Positions 8,102-18,109 of a stretch of DNA of 64,000 nucleotides are shown in pieces. The notes beneath the pieces are model-generated. The model ran no database searches. It saw nothing but the letters and a program-made list of their open reading frames with translations, and was not told where the DNA came from. The DNA comes from Candidatus Latescibacterota bacterium (GTDB lineage Bacteria; Latescibacterota; UBA2968), in the NCBI GenBank assembly GCA_965207885.1, contig OZ242311.1, forward strand, positions 5,792,001 through 5,856,000. Reading direction: 5' to 3'. Both the position numbers and the translations under genes were made by a program. Numbering within the stretch: position 1 is the first letter of the stretch; every line of letters starts with the position of its first letter.

Positions 8102-10597
8102 CTACCCCACTTCCCACTCAATTGTAAAACCCGTACACTCTTCAAACGCTGGCGCGCGTACACCTGCATCCTCTGGCACCATCGCCACCGGCACCACCAC
8201 GCGATTTTCATTCAGATAAATTTTCGCCGCACCGCGCACGACGCATTCTTCCGGTGTCATTGCCCGCGCTTCTCGGGCAACCTCATCTTGATTGGCTGAC
8301 GGACGCACCCGAATCTCCCATCCAATCCTCTCGCCCACCGCGCTCAGCAACCCGCGATAGCGATTGCCCACCTGAGACGAAATAAAAGCCACCTCAATAT
8401 ACGAACCACTCTTCAGGCCCATTTTTGATGGCGCATGGGGTTGATCCCCAAACACCTTTCGGATCTCGCTATATGCTTTATTGATCTCCCATGCATCCTC
8501 CCTCTTCACTGCGACTTCTGTCTTTACACCCCCTGGCCAATCCAGTATCAAATCAAAACCCGTCTTTGCCTTAAAACCCGCTGCTGCGTCACCGCTTACC
8601 CGCTCCCAATCATCCACCTCACCCACATCAACAGCCAACACCACCGCCTTTTGATCCAGATGCAGCGCAGGCGCTTTCAAAACCCTTGCACCTGCGGGCA
8701 CAGCATCTCGCGCCTCTTCAAAAAGCCGTCCCTGATGCGGCGTCTCCCGCAGCCTGAGAGACCAACCCGTCTCATCCTCCAACCTGAGAAGCGTCTCGCC
8801 ATACTGCTCTTGAACCACATCGGGAAAATAAAAAGCCAGTTCATACACGCCGTCATCTACATACGCGCTGCACTTAAACAACCCCGCCTCGGGCGGAAAA
8901 ATCGACATAATATGCGTGCGGGCTTCATTCATCTCCATCGGCCCGGCTTCTGACACTTCTTTTGGATGGAACAAATAAGCGCGCCGATAATCCGGCTCAA
9001 AAAATTCCCGCGAACCCGACAACAACAACCGAAAAGCCTCCACCTCTGACGGCGTCGTCATCTCCGTACCAAACCACATCTCCGCCAATTCCTGTGCGCG
9101 GAACGGCCCCTGTGCGCCCGTTTCCAACACATAATTGTGTACCTCCGCAAGCGTATCATCGCTCAGCGCTCTTCCGCCTGCAATACCCGCCCGTGAAACG
9201 CGCCGACCATAGCCGCGTTGTCGCATCGTCCGCATTGCCTCCACGGAATATGCACCGCCATTTTCTGGCAACTGCACGCCCTCTGGCAAATATACATCCA
9301 CCATCGAAGACAGTGCGCCGCGCGCCTCTGCATCGCCGTGAACGAGAAAACAGGTACGCGGTTTCAACCTCTGAACCAACCCCGTCAGTTCACCCCCATC
9401 TGCATGCGCCGAAAGCGAATAGGGTTCCACCTGACACGCCACCCGCACGCGCTGACCATTCAGCATCAACACCCGCTCTTCAGAGTCCCGTGCCTGCATC
9501 AGATTCAACAGCGCACGCCCGGGAGACTCCTCATCCTGATACCCCGTTATCGCAATCAAATTCGCCGCATCGCCAGCCAAACGCTCGGCATAAAAACTCG
9601 ACGCACCTCCGATCAACATCCCCGAAGACGCCACAATACAACACGGCGGCCCCGACAAAACCCGGCGGCGATCAGCCGGTGACGACACCGCCCCCACAGC
9701 ATCCGAATAAAAAACATCCTCACCGCGCTCTGCCCTGCGCCGCACCGCTGGCGCGAGATCATCTCCAAACGCCGAATACACCGCATTGACCGACCGCACC
9801 ATCCCATCGACAAACACGGGAAACTCCGGAATCTGCTTGCGCCGCATCGCCCGCGCCAAAATCAGAATAACCTCCTGTGCACGCCCCACGGCAAAAGCGG
9901 GAACCAGCACCTTGCCCCCCGCTTCAATCACCTCGGCCACGCGCAATGCAAGCGCGGCCTCTTGCTGGGCGCGATCCGCGTGCTGGCGATTGCCATACGT
10001 CGATTCCATCACCATCACATCGGGTCGGCACTGCGGCACCACCATGCCCGGAATAGTCAGTTGATTGGCAACCGACACATCGCCCGTCATCAAAACACTT
10101 TCTCGCACACCCTCAATATAGATCAACGCCGCACCCAGAATATGCCCGGCAGGAATCCATGTCGCGGTCAACGCGCCATCGCAAATCGGCACCGTCGCAA
10201 GCCACGGCACATCCACCATGCGCCCCAATGCCGCATCGGCCGCCTCCGGCGGATAAAGCGGCAACTCGCCATCCCGGTCTTGCGCCATCAGTTTCACAGC
10301 ATCTGACAACAACACCCGTGTAATCGCCTGTGTTGCAGACGTAGAATACACCTTCACATCCGCCGGCAGACTATTCACCAACACCGGCAACGCACCCGTA
10401 TGATCGGTATGCGCGTGTGTAATCAACACCTCATCGGGCATACCCACATCGTCCAGCACAGAAAAATTGGGCAACTGCGACCCCTGTGCAGCCCCCATTC
10501 GAATACCCGCATCCACCAGAATGCGTCGCCCTTCAATCTCAATTAATGTACAGGAAGCACCGACCTCGTCAGCACCGCCCAAAAAATGGAGTTTCAT
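8102..10597 (-). CDS. MBL/beta-CASP ribonuclease (CPSF73/Ysh1-like) with long C-terminal extension
   Basis: FLGGADEVGAS, THAHTDH, AGHILGA, ESTYG, SAHAD, LVHG. Start set at MKLHF (10597). Confidence 0.9.
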   Translation of the reverse strand: MKLHFLGGADEVGASCTLIEIEGRRILVDAGIRMGAAQGSQLPNFSVLDDVGMPDEVLITHAHTDHTGALPVLVNSLPADVKVYSTSATQAITRVLLSDAVKLMAQDRDGELPLYPPEAADAALGRMVDVPWLATVPICDGALTATWIPAGHILGAALIYIEGVRESVLMTGDVSVANQLTIPGMVVPQCRPDVMVMESTYGNRQHADRAQQEAALALRVAEVIEAGGKVLVPAFAVGRAQEVILILARAMRRKQIPEFPVFVDGMVRSVNAVYSAFGDDLAPAVRRRAERGEDVFYSDAVGAVSSPADRRRVLSGPPCCIVASSGMLIGGASSFYAERLAGDAANLIAITGYQDEESPGRALLNLMQARDSEERVLMLNGQRVRVACQVEPYSLSAHADGGELTGLVQRLKPRTCFLVHGDAEARGALSSMVDVYLPEGVQLPENGGAYSVEAMRTMRQRGYGRRVSRAGIAGGRALSDDTLAEVHNYVLETGAQGPFRAQELAEMWFGTEMTTPSEVEAFRLLLSGSREFFEPDYRRAYLFHPKEVSEAGPMEMNEARTHIMSIFPPEAGLFKCSAYVDDGVYELAFYFPDVVQEQYGETLLRLEDETGWSLRLRETPHQGRLFEEARDAVPAGARVLKAPALHLDQKAVVLAVDVGEVDDWERVSGDAAAGFKAKTGFDLILDWPGGVKTEVAVKREDAWEINKAYSEIRKVFGDQPHAPSKMGLKSGSYIEVAFISSQVGNRYRGLLSAVGERIGWEIRVRPSANQDEVAREARAMTPEECVVRGAAKIYLNENRVVVPVAMVPEDAGVRAPAFEECTGFTIEWEVG

Positions 10598-10693
10598 AAA
10601 TAGTTTTAAGTTGTCCAAAAAGTTAAAACGCGCTATTTTTCCCCTGAGACTACCCATACCCAACACATTGCGCGAAATCGGTATCTTTTAACT

Positions 10694-11713
10694 ATGATCC
10701 CACGTCCCTATCTTTTAATCCTCTTAGCTATCCTGCTCTTCGGCTGTACTGAACGCCAGGTCCGCATCCACTTTGAACAGGCAGAAAAATATCGCCACGA
10801 AGGCAAAATCGACCTCGCAATCGAAGAATACAAAGCCATCCTCGGGCTTCGTCCCGATGCGATTGACGCCCTCAACAACCTCGGATATCTCTACGTTGGA
10901 AAAGGCCAGTATGCCAATGCCATAGCACAATATCAAAAAGCCATAGCCGTCAAACCCGACTTTGCCGAAGCCCACTTCAACCTGGGCGTCGCCTATGTCG
11001 CGTATAGTCAACTCGACAGCGCCATAGCCGCTTACCAGCGCGCCCTCCAATACGACCCCGAAAACCATGAAATCCACAACAACCTGGGCGCTGCCCACAC
11101 CATGGTAGGCAATCTCACAGAAGCCGAAGTCAGCTACCAGCAGGCCTTAAAACTCAAACCCGACTACGCCGACGTGTACCACAACCTGGGCCTGCTCTAC
11201 ACTTATGAAAGCCGATATCGAGACGCCATCCCACAATACGAAAAAGCCATCCGCTACAAACCCAATTTTGCCGACGCGTACAATAACATGGGCAGTGCGC
11301 ACCTCGAATTGGGCCAATATGAAGACGCCATCCAGCACTTTCAAACCGCCGTCCGTCTCCAACCCAATCACGCACTCGCCCAGGAAAACCTTCGAGAAAC
11401 CAAAACGCGCATGGACGCGCTCCAAAGAGCACGCGAAGCCGGAGAAATGCGCGCCCAACACATCCTCGTCAAAACCGAAGCCGACGCCCAGCTTGTGCTC
11501 GACCAACTCGACTCAGGCGCAAAATTTGAAGCGCTCGCACAACTCTATTCCACCGACACGGCATCGGGGCGACAGGGCGGCGACCTCGGCGCATTTCTGC
11601 CCGGCACCCTCTTGCCCAAATTTGAACAAGCCGTAAAGAAAATCGAACCCGGTCAGATCGGCGGACCCGTCAAAACCCCGGCCGGTTATCACATCATCAA
11701 ACGCATCTATTAA
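10694..11713 (+). CDS. TPR-repeat lipoprotein with C-terminal parvulin (PpiC) PPIase domain
   Basis: LLFGC lipobox; about 6 TPRs; AQHILVK...FEALAQLYSTD...GGDLG...PVKTPAGYHII. Confidence 0.9.
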   Translation: MIPRPYLLILLAILLFGCTERQVRIHFEQAEKYRHEGKIDLAIEEYKAILGLRPDAIDALNNLGYLYVGKGQYANAIAQYQKAIAVKPDFAEAHFNLGVAYVAYSQLDSAIAAYQRALQYDPENHEIHNNLGAAHTMVGNLTEAEVSYQQALKLKPDYADVYHNLGLLYTYESRYRDAIPQYEKAIRYKPNFADAYNNMGSAHLELGQYEDAIQHFQTAVRLQPNHALAQENLRETKTRMDALQRAREAGEMRAQHILVKTEADAQLVLDQLDSGAKFEALAQLYSTDTASGRQGGDLGAFLPGTLLPKFEQAVKKIEPGQIGGPVKTPAGYHIIKRIY

Positions 11714-11717
11714 CCCC

Positions 11718-14588
11718 TCAATCACCCAGCAAAAACCGCGCCTGCTTGCTCACGCTGGGCGTATTCGGTTTGTTCAAATCCGTCACCACCACCTCAATCT
11801 CCAACTGCTCTTTGCTATTCTCGGGCACATCCAGCGCAATATAAAGCGGTTCCGATATCGCAGTACCCGTATGCTCATAAGAAATCTGCACCCCATCAGC
11901 CCGTGGCGTTTGGCCCAACAACCGTCCCAATCCCCGAATCACGCCCGTACTCTGTACCCCCTTAAGCCTGTACTCCACGCGGTAACTCGTTTGCCCAAAC
12001 GCATCCTGGCTCAAATTGTAAACCTCGTAATAGAGATAAACCGGTTGCCCCTTCGCAAAAATCTTAGACGGCAAAGGCACCACCCGCAAATCCCCCTTTT
12101 GGAACTTCCCTGCCTGCTCTCCCACCTCGACAATCTGCCCCGCCAGTTCCAGATCGCTCAGCGCCAGAGCTTCACCGCGGAAAGATGAAACCGCGACATA
12201 AGTCTTATGCACCTGAACCTTTCGGCTTATTGGATCGCGCACCTGAGTACCCAATAAATACTGTCCCGGAGACAGCGCTGCACGCACCTGATCCACCATC
12301 AGCGTCCCCTTCTCTGCCTGCCCACTTATCGCTTCAGCCACCCGCACGCTATCCCGAAAAACCGGCCTCAGCGAACGATCATAGACCACCACGTCTCGAT
12401 CCAGCATCACCTGTGAATTTCCCGACGGCGTCAAAGCGGCCATTGGCACACCCATATACGTCTCCATAGCTGTCTCGCGCTCAGATTCGCGGAAATTTGC
12501 CGTGTACATATAAAAATCCAGAGGATCGCCCCCGTAATCGTGCATATAAATCGAAGGCGATTGAGACACAACTTGTGCCACAACCGTCTCGGGCGCCATC
12601 CGCGACCACAGCGCGTGATTGGGCGAATTGGGCGGGATAGGCGCGAAATCGAAAAACCCACTACCCGTCGGATCCAGAAATGTAATCTCGATCCCCCCGC
12701 CGATCTCGGCATAAATCCATGACTCCCACTTATACCCCAGTTCAGACCCATCGAGCATAACACTGCGCCTGCGCGGTATCGGGAAAGTCGGCACACCCCT
12801 TAATTCAGACGTCTCAGACTCCACCCCAAATCCATAAGACGACCGCGACTGCCCGTGTATATGCTTGCTCGGCGACACTTCTTCAAGCGCATTTGCAGCC
12901 ATCATATTCAGGCGGTTCTTCACCTTTGCGACTTTTTCATCCGTCTCAAACACCAGATAATCCGACCAGCTCTGATGATCCGGGTGCCCCAGCCGGATGT
13001 ACACATCGCCTCGCCGGTCCCACCCCCGGCCGTGCCACTCTTCCAGGCCCTCGACAAAATTTGAACGCGCAAAATGCACCCGCCGATAATGCTCAACGCG
13101 GCGCTCGTTCACCTGTGTCGTCGGCGTGGGATCCTGCTCCAACCAGAAAACTTCTCGAAGCTGTGTTAGCGACCGCCCAAAAGCACTCTGAATTTTGGAA
13201 AGCACTTCCGCAGAAGCCACCAGAGACAAATCCTGATAGTATTCCCGCTCTGTCGGATCCAAAAACTGAAAATAGCGCTCAAAAGCCGCCTGTGCCTGGA
13301 CAAAATCCCCCCGCTCAACATGCATCTCGGCCAAAAGCGGCAGATACTCTTTCGGCTTTGTCTGTGCCATCTCCTTCAACTCGTCCAGACTATAAGTCTT
13401 CTTCCCCGCGCTCTTCAGCCGCATCGCCACATACGCCAGACGCGCAGGCGTAATGGGATGGCCGGGATTTACCGCTATCTGCCGCGAATACGCTTTCATC
13501 GCCTTGTCGTAATAGCGCAGCGACTCGTAAAAAACGCCCAGCTTGAAATACGCGTCATAGTGATCGGGAAAAAGCTCCACTACATTGCCAAAATAGTGAT
13601 CCAGATCCACCCGATCCATCCCCACCATTGCCAGATGGCACATCCCCAGATTGTAGTGCGCCGCCGTATAGGCTTTGTCCATCGCGCAGGTCTCGCGGAA
13701 CAACCTCAGTGACCGAGACTTCTGGCCCGGCATCTTCAACGCCGCCAGTGCCCGCCCATTGCGCGCCTCCACAAATTTCCTCTGCTTCTTAATCGCCTTT
13801 AAAAACAACTCCTCTGCTTCTTTTACCTCATCCTGCTCCAGGCGAAGATAGCCCAGCGCGCACATCGCCACCACATCATTCGGGTGTAAAATCAGCATCC
13901 GATCACAAATACGGGCAGCATCCGTCACCAGCTTTTCATCCGGAGCCTGTGCCCGCGTGATATACTTATTCGGAATCAGCCCCCCCCGCTCAAAATACGC
14001 ATCTGACACCGTCACATAGCGACGCCCAAAGTGGTAACCGTAATAATACTTCAGCACCAGCGGATTGCGCGCCTGCCAGAACCGCGCCAAAAACAGTCCC
14101 TTATTCTTCCGATCCAGAGCCTTGTAAAAAGCCGCCGTATCCGCACTGGCCACCTCTCCCAAAATCAAACCCGCCACCTGATCTTCAAACTCGCCAAAAC
14201 TCGCCTGCAATTCCGCCCCGGCGACCTCCTGATCCTCCTCCTCTGCCTTGTCCTCTCGCTCCAAAATTTTGATATGTACCCGCGCCACCCGAAGCTCGCC
14301 CAGCAAAGACTTGATCACCACCTCTGTCTCAGACTCTGACACAAGCTCACCCTTCAACACCGTACCATCCTCCAGTAACACAGTAACATTGCGCGAAGGC
14401 TGCTCTATCATTTTAATCAGCGACTTTTTTATCCGCAGTTCGCCCATCGCCGTCTTGAGCACCACCTCATCCTCAGACTCTGACACAAGCTCGCCCTTCA
14501 ACACCGTGCCATCCTCCAGCAACACCGTTGCGCCATAAGCAGACACAACCACCAAAAAGAGACAAAGTGCAATTAAAAAAGTCTTCAT
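11718..14588 (-). CDS. GWxTD-domain protein with TPRs and duplicated N-terminal beta domain
   Basis: FWLEQDPTPTTQVNERRVEHYRRV...GWDRRGDVYIRLGHPD; LSDLELA; VYLYYEVYNL. Confidence 0.85.
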   Translation of the reverse strand: MKTFLIALCLFLVVVSAYGATVLLEDGTVLKGELVSESEDEVVLKTAMGELRIKKSLIKMIEQPSRNVTVLLEDGTVLKGELVSESETEVVIKSLLGELRVARVHIKILEREDKAEEEDQEVAGAELQASFGEFEDQVAGLILGEVASADTAAFYKALDRKNKGLFLARFWQARNPLVLKYYYGYHFGRRYVTVSDAYFERGGLIPNKYITRAQAPDEKLVTDAARICDRMLILHPNDVVAMCALGYLRLEQDEVKEAEELFLKAIKKQRKFVEARNGRALAALKMPGQKSRSLRLFRETCAMDKAYTAAHYNLGMCHLAMVGMDRVDLDHYFGNVVELFPDHYDAYFKLGVFYESLRYYDKAMKAYSRQIAVNPGHPITPARLAYVAMRLKSAGKKTYSLDELKEMAQTKPKEYLPLLAEMHVERGDFVQAQAAFERYFQFLDPTEREYYQDLSLVASAEVLSKIQSAFGRSLTQLREVFWLEQDPTPTTQVNERRVEHYRRVHFARSNFVEGLEEWHGRGWDRRGDVYIRLGHPDHQSWSDYLVFETDEKVAKVKNRLNMMAANALEEVSPSKHIHGQSRSSYGFGVESETSELRGVPTFPIPRRRSVMLDGSELGYKWESWIYAEIGGGIEITFLDPTGSGFFDFAPIPPNSPNHALWSRMAPETVVAQVVSQSPSIYMHDYGGDPLDFYMYTANFRESERETAMETYMGVPMAALTPSGNSQVMLDRDVVVYDRSLRPVFRDSVRVAEAISGQAEKGTLMVDQVRAALSPGQYLLGTQVRDPISRKVQVHKTYVAVSSFRGEALALSDLELAGQIVEVGEQAGKFQKGDLRVVPLPSKIFAKGQPVYLYYEVYNLSQDAFGQTSYRVEYRLKGVQSTGVIRGLGRLLGQTPRADGVQISYEHTGTAISEPLYIALDVPENSKEQLEIEVVVTDLNKPNTPSVSKQARFLLGD

Positions 14589-14627
14589 ATTACATCACTC
14601 TCCTGAAGAACCCCGGCAAAGGCAAAT

Positions 14628-14656
14628 ACAATACCCCTTCCCCGCACACCTGTCAA
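14628..14656 (-). promoter_or_regulatory. Sigma70 promoter for the GWxTD gene
   Basis: TTGACA-17-TATTGT about 40 nt upstream of the ATG. Confidence 0.65.
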
Positions 14657-14662
14657 GCCATG

Positions 14663-14699
14663 AAAAAACGGCGGAAGGACATAGCGTCCCTCCGCCGTT
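14663..14699 (-). terminator. Rho-independent terminator of the TonB operon
   Basis: Stem AACGGCGGA(A)GGAC/GTCC(C)TCCGCCGTT followed by a T-run on the minus strand. Confidence 0.75.
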
Positions 14700-14741
14700 G
14701 TGATACTGTTCACAGGGCAGTCAGCAAACCACCCCCTGATG

Positions 14742-15860
14742 TTAGAAGGTAACAGCAGCGCTGAGGATATGCACCGAAGAGAAGAAAGCACTATCAAACT
14801 GCTTAAATGCATAATCCACCTTCACGCCCTGACCACCTTCGGTCTTAAACTGCAACCCACCACCCGCAGAGATACCCTCTGTATCGTGGTTGGTCTTGTA
14901 CCCACCTCGCAGCGTAAAGCCGATTGAGGACCCCGCTGCGCGATACGTATATTCGGCGCCGACGTGAATGCGCTCATCAAAATCGATGGGATTGTTCACA
15001 TCCAGAGCCAGGTCCAGATGGTGTGGCACAGGCGTATTGCCCATCATCGAAATCACATCGATGAGCAGGCCCAGGCGGATATTCCTCGGCAACTCAAACT
15101 GCTCCCGCTGATAAACCACCTCTGTGCTAAAATTCTGCACACTCATCGCCATCACCGTATTCCGGAACCCCGTATTGAAATACGTGCCCAGATCAAAGGC
15201 AAAGGCATTCTTGGAATTATCCACCGTCTGCCTGGAGGCTCCCAAAAAGATATTGCCAGTACCCAGGTCCTGATGGGCCATCCTGAGGGTCGCTCCTGCG
15301 GAAAAACGGTCGGTAATTTTAAGACCATAAGCCGCGGAAATGGCATAATTGCTGGTGGTAATCTCGCCCTCGTCTTTGAATCCGGCGCCAGCGGGATTTG
15401 GATCAATTGATGTTCCGTTGACAGTACCCGCATCGAAAGTCACAATCGAAAGACCGAACGTCCCTCTGCCCGGCACATTCACTGCAACGCCCGCGATCAT
15501 ACTCTTGGTATCGACGAGCCAATCGACATAAGTGACATGTGCTTCCCGGCCTTCCATAAAAGCCAGCGCACCCGGATTGAAAAGAATCGCCGAACCACTG
15601 CCGATCAACCCCACCCCGGCACCACCGAGAGCAGCGGTGCGCGCATCGGTGGGAATAGACAGGAAAGCAAAACCAGCCTGCCCGGTCTTGATAAACGTCG
15701 GCGAGGCTTCTTCAAAGCCCGGAACAATGGGATCCAGTTCTCGAACGCGACCATCAAAGTTATCGGTCACGCCAGTCGCAACGCTCCCCTGGGCAAACAC
15801 ATCGCTCGGCATCAGCCCCGCACACACAAGCGCAATCAGAATATATTTTTTCACGATCAT
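14742..15860 (-). CDS. PorV/PorQ family outer-membrane beta-barrel
   Basis: GQAGFAFLSIPTDARTAALGGA...FNPGALA signature; C-terminal Phe. Confidence 0.85.
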   Translation of the reverse strand: MIVKKYILIALVCAGLMPSDVFAQGSVATGVTDNFDGRVRELDPIVPGFEEASPTFIKTGQAGFAFLSIPTDARTAALGGAGVGLIGSGSAILFNPGALAFMEGREAHVTYVDWLVDTKSMIAGVAVNVPGRGTFGLSIVTFDAGTVNGTSIDPNPAGAGFKDEGEITTSNYAISAAYGLKITDRFSAGATLRMAHQDLGTGNIFLGASRQTVDNSKNAFAFDLGTYFNTGFRNTVMAMSVQNFSTEVVYQREQFELPRNIRLGLLIDVISMMGNTPVPHHLDLALDVNNPIDFDERIHVGAEYTYRAAGSSIGFTLRGGYKTNHDTEGISAGGGLQFKTEGGQGVKVDYAFKQFDSAFFSSVHILSAAVTF

Positions 15861-15869
15861 CCTCCTTGT

Positions 15870-18026
15870 TTAGCGAACCACAATGAATTTCTCGATATGA
15901 GTGCCCGGAACCTGAGGATCCCTGCTCTCAATATGTGCAAAGTAGATACCCGACACCAGGAACTGGTTATTGTCGTTAATCATCAAATCCCACGACAGAT
16001 CGCCAGAACCCGCAGTGTGCTCAAACTCCTGAATCAGATCGCCGGTTATCGAGAAAATACGGATGATCGCGCTTGCAGGCAGATTTACGAATAGTAGTTT
16101 ATTAGCCTGACCCGTAAAATTGAATCCACCTTGCTCTAAATCGCCGCCCTGAATCTGGAAAGGATTTGGCACAATCCGCACACTCGTAATATCTCGTCCG
16201 GGCGCGCGGAACGGACTCACGCCATCCCCCAGAGTGCGGGTGGCAAAATAGCTGCTCTCCAGACCATTGGCATCAACGGCTGTAACCGCGTAATAATACC
16301 GCGTACCGCGAATCACAGTATCGTCATTGTAAGATGTACCATTGACCGTGAAAACATCCCGCAGACCGGGTGGTTTTGTCTGAAAACCCGCCATGCGATA
16401 AACCCGGTATGAAGCCGCACCGGGAACAGCAGCCCAGGAAAGTTCGTTTTGATCCGGACCAGATGTTATTTCTACCCGTGAGGGCCAATCTGGCGTAGGT
16501 GGCAAAACGGGCTGCAAACCAACCACCGAGTTTACCTCGCGGTTGTTCCAAGCCTTGTGCGCCACATCTACTGCCGCCTTCAGGGAATCCAGGCCGCTGT
16601 TGAGAAAAGCTTCTTTCTGATCAAAAGAAATAGAACCTTCCGACCACTTTCTGCCCATCTCCTTATTCGCGGCAATGGATGGACCCGTAACAATCCAGGC
16701 CGACACAATGTGAATGCTCTCGCCGGGATTCAGTTCGGGCCAGGGACCAAATGTCACCATCCATTCCCAGTATCCCTGCTGAGACTCCACGGACGTCGCT
16801 ACGTCTCTAATGCGCTCGGCCCGCGTCGTATTCGACAGCGTGTAAAAGTCGTGTACAGCTCCCATATCCGCACTATCTGTGGTAATCCAACTGGCGTCTG
16901 GCACCCAGCGGGCAACGCGCGGCTGCCGCATTTCGGGGTCAGACTCATTCATATCGTCCAGCCAGTTGTCGGAAAGCGTATTGGGATCGCTCACCGGCGT
17001 CTTATCCACGTGCAAGAACAACCGACCTTTGTATTCGGACTCGAGAAACTCACCCGCATCGACCAGTGCCTCGCGGATCTCGTCCAACTTCGGAACACCC
17101 GCCGCAGGTGCCGGTTCGCCGCGGTCATCGCCATCGGGCCGGGTACCTGTGCGGTCTGAAGCATTGCCATCGTAGGAATACATCAGCTTGAGTTCGTCAT
17201 CCCAGTTGTTCACCTCATCGAGAATCCCGTGCTCGATTCCCGCGTCAAACGGACGCGAATCATTTCCAAAAGTCGGCGTGATGTGAGAACCACCAGAGGG
17301 ACCGCGATTGGCCGCCTGCATAAACCAGTGGAAGCCGAGATGGAAATTTTGCAGCATCGGGTTCTTGTCGCGGGTTTCCGGACTCAAGTCTGTGCCGCGC
17401 TCACCGGTTCGCACATCGGGCACGCGGGGATTTTCGGGATATGTAAAGGTCTCAATCTGAAAAATAATATCCTGTGCTTCGGTATTCGCCCATTTCCACG
17501 TCTGGGTCCTCTGGTGGATACCGCCAGTATGGACGCGCTGACCTTCGTTGTACACATCCGAACCCAGCCCGGGAATCACAGCCTCAAACTGGTCGGCAGG
17601 CAAGCCATCAAAGCGGGTATCAAAAATCGTCCATGCCTCCCGCTTGATCTCCGCGCCATCCTGGATCAGCAGAGGTGGCTGAATGCGAAATGCCTTGGGA
17701 GAACCTTTGCCCACCGCATTGAAGAAAGAACTCGAAATATCGGCAAGGTCATCAGTACCGTCGTTGACGTACTTGGAAATGGTGGTATTGGCGAGTTCTG
17801 GAAAATGCGCGGAGTAGCTGGGCATATTGAAATTATCCATAATAATCGCAGATCTCAGCCCCCAGTTTCGAGCGACCAGATAGCGAATATCTGGATTGGT
17901 GCGCGTCTCGTCCAGACCGCCGGGCCAGGTTGTGCCCCAGTTCCGTCCCGGATTTTGTGCAAAGGCACTTCCCGAAGAGACCAGCAATCCCAGAACGATC
18001 AGAAGGGGTACATATCGTCTCATCAT
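15870..18026 (-). CDS. Secreted protein with FN3 domain and T9SS-like C-terminal domain
   Basis: Signal peptide; LSWAAVPGAASYRVYR...YYYAVTAVD (FN3); VRIVPNPF...IFSITGDLI...SGIYF...KFIVVR. Confidence 0.8.
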   Translation of the reverse strand: MMRRYVPLLIVLGLLVSSGSAFAQNPGRNWGTTWPGGLDETRTNPDIRYLVARNWGLRSAIIMDNFNMPSYSAHFPELANTTISKYVNDGTDDLADISSSFFNAVGKGSPKAFRIQPPLLIQDGAEIKREAWTIFDTRFDGLPADQFEAVIPGLGSDVYNEGQRVHTGGIHQRTQTWKWANTEAQDIIFQIETFTYPENPRVPDVRTGERGTDLSPETRDKNPMLQNFHLGFHWFMQAANRGPSGGSHITPTFGNDSRPFDAGIEHGILDEVNNWDDELKLMYSYDGNASDRTGTRPDGDDRGEPAPAAGVPKLDEIREALVDAGEFLESEYKGRLFLHVDKTPVSDPNTLSDNWLDDMNESDPEMRQPRVARWVPDASWITTDSADMGAVHDFYTLSNTTRAERIRDVATSVESQQGYWEWMVTFGPWPELNPGESIHIVSAWIVTGPSIAANKEMGRKWSEGSISFDQKEAFLNSGLDSLKAAVDVAHKAWNNREVNSVVGLQPVLPPTPDWPSRVEITSGPDQNELSWAAVPGAASYRVYRMAGFQTKPPGLRDVFTVNGTSYNDDTVIRGTRYYYAVTAVDANGLESSYFATRTLGDGVSPFRAPGRDITSVRIVPNPFQIQGGDLEQGGFNFTGQANKLLFVNLPASAIIRIFSITGDLIQEFEHTAGSGDLSWDLMINDNNQFLVSGIYFAHIESRDPQVPGTHIEKFIVVR

Positions 18027-18059
18027 AACAAATTATCTCCTGAAAAAAACAGATTGCAA

Positions 18060-18104
18060 ACCTCCCCGGTTCCCCTCAAGTGCGAAAGGAACCGGAAGAG
18101 GTCT
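18060..18104. other. Intercistronic hairpin between the TonB receptor and the CTD protein gene
   Basis: ACCTCCCCGGTTCC ... GGAACCGGAAGAGGT imperfect stem. Confidence 0.55.
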
Positions 18105-18109
18105 CAAAA

